DNA from: Syntrophobacteraceae bacterium
GTDB lineage: Bacteria > Desulfobacterota > Syntrophobacteria > Syntrophobacterales > Syntrophobacteraceae
Direction: 5' to 3'
Assembly (NCBI GenBank): GCA_003165235.1
Contig: PLSV01000176.1
Coordinates: forward strand, 1-13,033
DNA: 13,033 bases
The translations under genes and the position numbers were made by a program. How positions within the stretch are numbered: the stretch's first letter is position 1; the number at the start of each line of letters is the position of its first letter. The notes beneath the pieces were generated by a model that was not told the DNA's origin, made no database searches, and saw only the letters and a list, made by a program, of their open reading frames with translations. Shown in pieces: positions 1 to 5,822 of this stretch.

Positions 1-1
1 A

Positions 2-502
2 AATGATGATCTGGCAATGGCCGGCATGGTTAGCAAGGAGACAATCGATTTTTTGACTCGAAAGATCCGGGCGGTTGAGTCAATGGTTGAACAAAAAGTT
101 CAGCTTAAGGACCAGTATCGTTATCTACTGACAATTCCCGGTATCGGAAAGATCCTGGCTCTTACCATCATGTTGGAGACCGGTCCGATCAGCCGTTTTG
201 CGAAAGTGGGAAACTACGTATCCTATTGCCGTAAAGTCAGTTCCAAATGGACAAGCAACGACAAAGCAAAGGGTAAGGGGAACAAAAAGAACGGCAATAA
301 GTATCTTGCCTGGGCCTTTTCTGAAGCAGCCGAACTGGCAAGACGCTTTGACACACAGTGCAGGGGCTATTACAACCGTAAGATGCAGAAAACGAATTTC
401 ATGGTCGCCCATCAGGCTCTTGCCCACAAACTAGCCAGGGCAGCATACTGCATCATAAAGGAGGAAGTTCCCTTTGTTCCTGGGAAAGTATTTGCGTGCT
501 GA
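2..502 (+). CDS. IS110-family transposase, C-terminal part (5' end lies outside the window)
   Basis: The frame is open from base 2, so the listed M at 17 is internal. The translation carries the Transposase_20-type signature LLTIPGIGKILALTIMLETGPISRF, followed by KKNGNKYLAWAFSEAA and AHKLARAAY. The stop is TGA at 500-502. Confidence 0.9.
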   Translation, partial: NDDLAMAGMVSKETIDFLTRKIRAVESMVEQKVQLKDQYRYLLTIPGIGKILALTIMLETGPISRFAKVGNYVSYCRKVSSKWTSNDKAKGKGNKKNGNKYLAWAFSEAAELARRFDTQCRGYYNRKMQKTNFMVAHQALAHKLARAAYCIIKEEVPFVPGKVFAC

Positions 503-860
503 GAGTATCCCGACGGATCGGACTGGTGGCGACAGTGATTATCCGGACATGAAACTTCCAACAAAAAAACCGGGACCTGCGATCACGTCGTTCACCCAAC
601 CGCTCCGCGCCACCGGAGCCGCTACGCACTGCCTCCGACGAGTCACGGTTGGACCCATTCTCGGCAACCCTGCGCGACTCCGTCGGCCCTCCGCTCAGTT
701 TGCTGTTTGGTGCAAGTTCAAAAAAACCGTGCAGTCCGAATGCCGTCATCGAATTAACGGAGCTTGACGCACATGGTTTTATCGTACTTGGACCTGGAGG
801 ACGGAGCATAAATCATGCGGTAATAAAGATGGCTGGAACGGTAACCTGACAAGGGGTTGG
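503..860 (+). other. 3' non-coding flank of the IS110-family element; candidate bridge/seek RNA region. The right IS boundary is not determined.
   Basis: This is a GC-rich stretch directly after the transposase stop with only mutually overlapping, featureless ORFs. One hairpin pairs 602-607 GCTCCG with 614-619 CGGAGC. A nested structure pairs 635-644 CCGACGAGTC with 676-686 GACTCCGTCGG (one bulge), enclosing 647-651 GGTTG paired with 665-669 CAACC. Confidence 0.3.
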
Positions 861-1294
861 AAAAACCACGAGGTTTGATTGGAAAGCCGTTCCACCCAGC
901 ACATTTTTAGCCATCATCATCTTTACTGCCCATGTCATGAGCCAGTCAAGGGGTGGCTAACAACCATGAGAATTGACCAATCCATTTGGACGTGGCATGG
1001 AACCGAAGATTTTCTGGCCCGCCGGCCGGCGGGAAGGGTTGTTTGGCAGATGTTGTCGAACGGCCTTAATCCTGATGGGTGACTGGTGCAGTGAATGCTG
1101 ACGCCAAAAATAAGGAAACTGCGGAAGTAGTGGGGTGTTGCCGGCTAATGTGATTCAGCAGGAAAGATCACTGTCGCCGCCGTCAATCGGTTGGCTAAAC
1201 GTGACCTCAGTTTCCGAGAGTTCGCTTTCATTAAAGAAGCATCTCGGAAAAAAGGTGTTTTTCCTGCGAGGGGGGAGTTTTTGCTCTTGACCGC

Positions 1295-1322
1295 TGCCTT
1301 TTAATGGGTGCCTTTTAATGGG
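1295..1322. repeat. Perfect tandem duplication, 2 x 14 bp (TGCCTTTTAATGGG)
   Basis: Read directly from the sequence: 1295-1308 and 1309-1322 are identical. Confidence 0.9.
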
Positions 1323-1673
1323 TGACCCCTCTCTTCTATTCCCAGATCATATGTGGGAATTTGCCTCTGTAGTTGGTCTTCTGAATCCCAGCTGCTGGAA
1401 ATCCCTGTCCGGTGAAATTGAACCCTTTTGCCAAAGGCCTGTCAGATCAACGCATGGCTACTGAAAATGCAGAAACCAGGTCCAGATCTGACACCTCCCC
1501 CCAAAAGCTCCGATTTTTATTGCTGACATAGAACTTTCAGGCAGTTGGATTAAGGAAATTACCTATCGTGGGTCTCCCGAGTAAAATATGATCCTGGAAT
1601 GAGAATCCCTGAGACGAGCCCATCAGATCGAGAGCCGAGTAGTGTGGAGTGTTGAGGGTGCTTAACCCATGCG

Positions 1674-2429
1674 TCATTTCGCCCAGCTTTGATATCTGCG
1701 AAGCTTTCCAATATCGGAGAGGATATCCTCTATAGAAAAATTCTGCAGCAGCACGTCTTTATATTTCTCTGTCAATTCCTCGATTTCCTGCAACCTTTTT
1801 TCGGGATCTTCTTTTTCCCAGTATCGGTTGAGTTCGTGGAAGAAGGCATCGCCGTCATGAACATTCACGTCAATGATGGTCTTCTCTTCCCCGCTCCAGC
1901 CATAAAGATATTTTTCTACCTCTCTGCGATCTTGTTGAGGTGCGTCAGATGTGAACCATAGCGTCCGGTACTCCCCATAAACGTCAGCCGGAAAATATTG
2001 AGGTCCGCTCTCTACTAAAGAAAGGCGCCCCCCTGCCAGCAGTCCTTGTGCCTCGAATAGGATGCCAAACTTGCTTGGCAAGAGCTCACGATATGCCTCT
2101 GCGAATTTGTGGTCGAGAATTTGCAATTCATGCATCAGGTCGAAAGTTAGAGTCTCCATTACTTCAAGGTTTGACGCCTGAAGCTCAAGCAGATAAATGA
2201 TACGGTCTGGGTGTAAGGAAAAGTGATGCCGATCTTCAGCACGCTGATGGCTGGCGAGAGCTGTTTTGAGCTCATCAAGAAGGACACGATAGAGTTCGAT
2301 TATCTCATATGACTTCACGAGAATTAAATGTAACCGCGCTGCGACCATCCGGTTCTTGCGTTTTCGGAGCATCTCAGCAATCGCCAGGAAATCTATTTTC
2401 TTTAGGAAAAATTTGAATAGTTCAAGCAT
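1674..2429 (-). CDS. Hypothetical protein (251 aa), downstream partner of the DUF2779 nuclease gene
   Basis: This long ORF has an ATG start preceded by GAAGGGG about 8 nt upstream. It starts 21 nt after the upstream gene's TGA stop, which implies co-transcription. I recognised no family motif. The N-terminal half looks helical. Confidence 0.75.
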   Translation of the reverse strand: MLELFKFFLKKIDFLAIAEMLRKRKNRMVAARLHLILVKSYEIIELYRVLLDELKTALASHQRAEDRHHFSLHPDRIIYLLELQASNLEVMETLTFDLMHELQILDHKFAEAYRELLPSKFGILFEAQGLLAGGRLSLVESGPQYFPADVYGEYRTLWFTSDAPQQDRREVEKYLYGWSGEEKTIIDVNVHDGDAFFHELNRYWEKEDPEKRLQEIEELTEKYKDVLLQNFSIEDILSDIGKLRRYQSWAK

Positions 2430-2450
2430 CGTATCTGCCCCTTCTCCCCA

Positions 2451-3938
2451 TCATCCCTCCTGAAAGAATTTAACCAGCCTCACAATGGCCAGAGTGTCCA
2501 GCTTGCAGTATTCAAGCATTTGCCTGGCTAATTCCCGTTTCCTGATTTCATCGGTTTCGGGATCGATTGCCTCCATGTAAGCCATTTGAGCGTCGGTTCC
2601 GTCTTGAACCTCCTCAATGCTGGCATAATCGAGGTCAGGGGCAATCGTAGGGAGTACGGCTTTGATGGACCAGGACCCCTTCATTTTCGGATGATAATAG
2701 TGTTCTCTGGCCAGCGGCAGAAGGTCAACCAAACGGTCGATCACTTTTTGAATCTTTTGCGCCTGATTTGTGTACATCTCTGCGAGTTGCCCCAATATGG
2801 TCCGTTCGAAATGGCTGTAAACAAAGATTGGGCCATTCTGACTTAGACAGCCCAGAAGCTCCCCTATGAAATCAGTCAAAGGTGATTGCCCTGTGGTATC
2901 GAGAAATTCCTTATGCCGCAATTCGCCTGGCTTCGGTTCAATATGGCATGACCACTGAAAAGGGAGCTGTTGATATGGTCGAGTGCCCTTCCAGATTGGG
3001 ACGGCAAATTGAATAGTTTCAAAATCCAGATAATACCTGGGATAGCCCAGCCGCCGCAGAGACTGGCCAGCGTCCTTGTTCAATTCAGGACTGTTCCTAA
3101 CGGTAACTCGACGAATACGCTTATGAACATCGCTCTTAAGGCGACCTTCCGGAATGTCTCGGATATCTATTATGCCCTCTTCCAGCAGTTCCTTTACAAT
3201 CTTTCCTCCTCTGGGTAAGCAAGACACAGGGAATTCCGGTAAATTTGCCGAAGGGGAACAGTATTCTCGAAAGGGGCACTCGAAGGGGTTCTTGCAGTGG
3301 GCGCCGGTTCCAATTTCAGGTTCATCACTGTCAAGCACCTTTTTCAGTTTGACAATCCTGTCTGGAATCTCAGCCATGTATCCCTGGATTGAATCCATTA
3401 CGTCTTCCTGGTGGAAAAGGCCATCGTAGTCATCATTTCCTTGATAGACAAAACTGTTGTCTATGTGCGCAATTATTACGTTTTCCAGGGGATATCCGGC
3501 ATCCTCGATCACCCATGATTGAATCGCACAATCCCAAAGATGATAGTCTTCGACTTTGGTTGAGGATTTAACCTCAATCAGTTTATAACCATTCCTAACC
3601 TTTAGGAAGATGTCACTTCTGACTAACACGTCTGAGCTGGTAAATGCTCCTTCAAAAATCGGCTCTCTGGCTTCTTGGGCGAGCAAACTACGCGTTTTTT
3701 TTACTGCACGGGACAGGTCATCTTGATATTCAACCATTACCCCATCAGGATAGAGTGTCCTTGCGACTTTGGCCACCTGGTGACCCGTCTTAATCCTGGT
3801 ATCGGCTGCATCGTTCTGTTCTGCGAGTTTGGGAAAGTGCACTTCGAGGAAAAGCCGTTTTGGACACTGAATTCCCGAGAGCAATCTGGACTTTGAAAAA
3901 AGATGCCCTGTTTTCTTGATCTCAGTGGAATCGCTCAT
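2451..3938 (-). CDS. DUF2779-type nuclease: N-terminal Cas4/RecB-like PD-(D/E)xK domain with a 4-Cys cluster, C-terminal RNase H-fold DEDD-like exonuclease
   Basis: The 495-aa ORF has AAGGAG 9 nt upstream of its ATG. Motifs seen: an early Cys in GIQCPKRLFL; D...IEVKSS (ExK); HCKNPFECPFREYC (three more Cys); YYLDFETIQF (the DxE signature typical of DUF2779); YSHFERTIL; and YCKLDTLAIV. Confidence 0.88.
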   Translation of the reverse strand: MSDSTEIKKTGHLFSKSRLLSGIQCPKRLFLEVHFPKLAEQNDAADTRIKTGHQVAKVARTLYPDGVMVEYQDDLSRAVKKTRSLLAQEAREPIFEGAFTSSDVLVRSDIFLKVRNGYKLIEVKSSTKVEDYHLWDCAIQSWVIEDAGYPLENVIIAHIDNSFVYQGNDDYDGLFHQEDVMDSIQGYMAEIPDRIVKLKKVLDSDEPEIGTGAHCKNPFECPFREYCSPSANLPEFPVSCLPRGGKIVKELLEEGIIDIRDIPEGRLKSDVHKRIRRVTVRNSPELNKDAGQSLRRLGYPRYYLDFETIQFAVPIWKGTRPYQQLPFQWSCHIEPKPGELRHKEFLDTTGQSPLTDFIGELLGCLSQNGPIFVYSHFERTILGQLAEMYTNQAQKIQKVIDRLVDLLPLAREHYYHPKMKGSWSIKAVLPTIAPDLDYASIEEVQDGTDAQMAYMEAIDPETDEIRKRELARQMLEYCKLDTLAIVRLVKFFQEG

Positions 3939-4019
3939 CCGTCTTAGCTCCTTGCAGTGGCCCTCACTTAGAGTATTATCCTACAGTCTCAGCTTACTCT
4001 TAGATCAGGATTGCGCGTG

Positions 4020-4047
4020 CTTTGACACACCAGACAACATGTCAAAG
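4020..4047. promoter_or_regulatory. Perfect 8-bp inverted repeat (CTTTGACA N12 TGTCAAAG) in the intergenic region upstream of the DUF2779 operon
   Basis: 4020-4027 is the reverse complement of 4040-4047. The repeat lies between the end of the small membrane gene (4104) and the DUF2779 start (3938). It could be an operator or a hairpin, and its function is not established. Confidence 0.3.
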
Positions 4048-4103
4048 TGAATTTTTGTTCGTTTGAATTCTATCCTGATATTTCGAGAAGTCCAATTTCA
4101 CTC

Positions 4104-4436
4104 CTATTCTTTTAAACTAATGTATCTAGCGCTGTTCGCTGGCGATTTACTCATTCTTAAATTGCAAACTTCACAACGCTTTGGATAAAACCAGAGAAAT
4201 ATAATCCACGTACAGCTTGTAGCTAATACCATAACAAGTGTTAGTACCCTCCACTTCTTTTTAAACCAAGCCCATTTATTACAATTAATGCATGGCCATT
4301 TGATTTTATATCGCAAACTGTCCGATATCCTATATCGAAGTTTGTATCCACCTTTTTTCCCGCCGAAAATAGCAGCAAGTAGGAAAAAGATTAATAATAT
4401 TAGAATGGGAAATGCACCTCCACCACTTGCATACAT
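4104..4436 (-). CDS. Small membrane protein (110 aa) with two predicted TM helices and two CxxC pairs
   Basis: A strong AAGGAG lies about 7-8 nt upstream of the ATG. Hydrophobic segments are FPILILLIFFLLAAIFGG and VLTLVMVLATSCTWIIFLWF. The Cys pairs are CINC and CEVC. The stop is TAG. The local DNA is visibly AT-rich. Confidence 0.65.
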   Translation of the reverse strand: MYASGGGAFPILILLIFFLLAAIFGGKKGGYKLRYRISDSLRYKIKWPCINCNKWAWFKKKWRVLTLVMVLATSCTWIIFLWFYPKRCEVCNLRMSKSPANSARYISLKE

Positions 4437-4630
4437 CGTCGCTCTCCTTATCAGTCAAATAAGGCTTTTCAAGGTGGAAGGTAATTACTTCCGAATAATG
4501 CATCAACCTGACCACCAACGAATCTCGCAGGGCATTTTGGGTTCGTCTGCCGCCCTAAAAAGCTCTATGCCTTATGATAAGTGATTCGCATGAGGCAGAA
4601 GTGTTTGTTTTGTATAGCAAACTCCGCAGA

Positions 4631-5275
4631 TCAGACCAGTTCCTTGATCACCGGCCATACCTTGCTGCAGAATTCGATAAAATCCTTCCGAATGGATTGA
4701 AAAAAGTCCGGCTGTATCAAAGTAACTATTTCGATCCTCTTGCCTGTTTCAAAACCAAGGCAACCGTCAGAAACAAATTCATAGATTCGGCCTGAGATCT
4801 CAACCTGGCCATCACTATTCAACAACTCTTTGGTTCCTGCAATGACATCACACAGCGTCCTAAAATCAGGGTCGCGCTTTACATATGCTGAGTAGAGCCC
4901 CATTTTTGTCGTGGCCTTCGAGGCCCTCTTTTGGGTAACCCATATTGCGAAATAGCGTTTATTATTAATCTCCCAGTCGACCTCAGGGGATCCTTTAGTG
5001 GAATCATTAATAGAGATTTGCAATGGCGTGAATGGCAGATCGGTTGCTGAAATATGATCTTTAAGGTCATTCAAAAAGTTTACTGCAACATTGGGCCACC
5101 CTGCGCTCGCTTGCTCAACATGAAATGCCGCTTGTTGCAGTTGCGCCTTGGCAGTGTCAGCGCTTGTGCCTTTGGATATTTCCGATAATTGCTTTTCCAC
5201 CCGAGGCAATGGAGCATCTATATTTATTGCTGAAGAATCAATTCTTAGAAAGTTGATAAGTTTATCTATAAACAC
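4631..5275 (-). CDS. Hypothetical 214-aa ORF; most likely the C-terminal continuation of the TIR-domain gene upstream (same frame, separated by one TAG)
   Basis: The listed start is GTG at 5275, and there is no Shine-Dalgarno sequence upstream. The frame stays open from 5275 up to the TAG at 5357-5359. The bridging peptide PNENELPDDIKNICKYNAVKYDHDYYGVFIDKLINFL looks like the usual end of a TIR_2 domain. Confidence 0.6.
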   Translation of the reverse strand: MFIDKLINFLRIDSSAINIDAPLPRVEKQLSEISKGTSADTAKAQLQQAAFHVEQASAGWPNVAVNFLNDLKDHISATDLPFTPLQISINDSTKGSPEVDWEINNKRYFAIWVTQKRASKATTKMGLYSAYVKRDPDFRTLCDVIAGTKELLNSDGQVEISGRIYEFVSDGCLGFETGKRIEIVTLIQPDFFQSIRKDFIEFCSKVWPVIKELV

Positions 5276-5356
5276 ACCATAATAATCATGATCATACTTA
5301 ACTGCATTATATTTACAAATGTTTTTAATATCATCAGGTAATTCATTTTCGTTAGG

Positions 5357-5659
5357 CTATTTAAATTCAGGAGCTAATATAGGGACTATGTTTTTATTCC
5401 TGCTTAATGCTAGAGCTATTTCTTGGCGAATCCAATCCATTTCACCTGCGCATCTATCCAAGTCTCCAGGCGTTAAAATTACGACAAAATGATCTGCTTC
5501 GTTAACACATTGCTGTAATTGCTCACCAAACTGAGAAGCGCCTAAATCGGCTACGTCCAAAAATGTCTTAATCCCACGATTACTTAATTCCATATGAACA
5601 AGCCGTGCTAACTGCTCTCCAGATCCGCGACGATAGCTGATGAAGACTTGGTATTTCAT
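5357..5659 (-). CDS. TIR-domain protein, N-terminal 100 aa, ending at an in-frame TAG inside the domain (probable disrupted gene)
   Basis: AAGGGG lies about 6 nt upstream of the ATG. TIR hallmarks are VFISYRR at the N-terminus, HFVVILTP, and DWIRQEIALAL, with candidate catalytic Glu at residue 80. The ORF stops before the last TIR helices. Confidence 0.85.
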   Translation of the reverse strand: MKYQVFISYRRGSGEQLARLVHMELSNRGIKTFLDVADLGASQFGEQLQQCVNEADHFVVILTPGDLDRCAGEMDWIRQEIALALSRNKNIVPILAPEFK

Positions 5660-5822
5660 GTGTCACCCCTTAAATGATGTTGTCTTTTTTACCCGCATTC
5701 TGGCCTAACTGAAGTTGAAATATATCATATCGGCACGCTATATAGTACCGATTTTCCCATACTAACGGAACCACGATGGTCCGTTGCCATTGCAACAGCA
5801 TGGATGTGGCCAGATGATGGGC

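Noticed and set aside
125-849. ORFs overlapping or following the transposase gene (125-427 -, 198-434 +, 453-809 -, 474-767 +, 649-849 +)
   Set aside because: They overlap each other and the clearly real IS110 frame. They have Arg/Pro/Ser-rich, low-complexity translations with no motifs. They sit in a GC-rich structured region that is better explained as non-coding IS flank.
879-1082. 67-aa ORF with a TTG start
   Set aside because: It has no Shine-Dalgarno sequence and no recognisable motif, and its composition is odd (rich in His, Trp and Cys). It is probably a chance ORF.
4557-4597. Hairpin TGCCTTATG/CATGAGGCA with nearby T or A runs, as a terminator for the TIR-fusion gene
   Set aside because: The stem has a mismatch. 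On the - strand the T-run is displaced 6 nt from the stem base. This is not convincing enough to annotate.
5357-5359. The TAG inside the TIR gene as pyrrolysine or programmed recoding
   Set aside because: TAG is the ordinary terminal stop of at least three other credible genes in this window (ending at 4104, 8265 and 9919). I saw no pyl genes or recoding signal. A nonsense mutation or a sequencing error is simpler.
5764-5795. Two overlapping hairpins (AACGGAACC...GGTCCGTT and GTTGC CATT GCAAC) just after the TrkA-N/RyR stop
   Set aside because: No U-tract follows on the - strand, so I cannot call a terminator. TrkA-N/RyR and TIR may or may not be co-transcribed.
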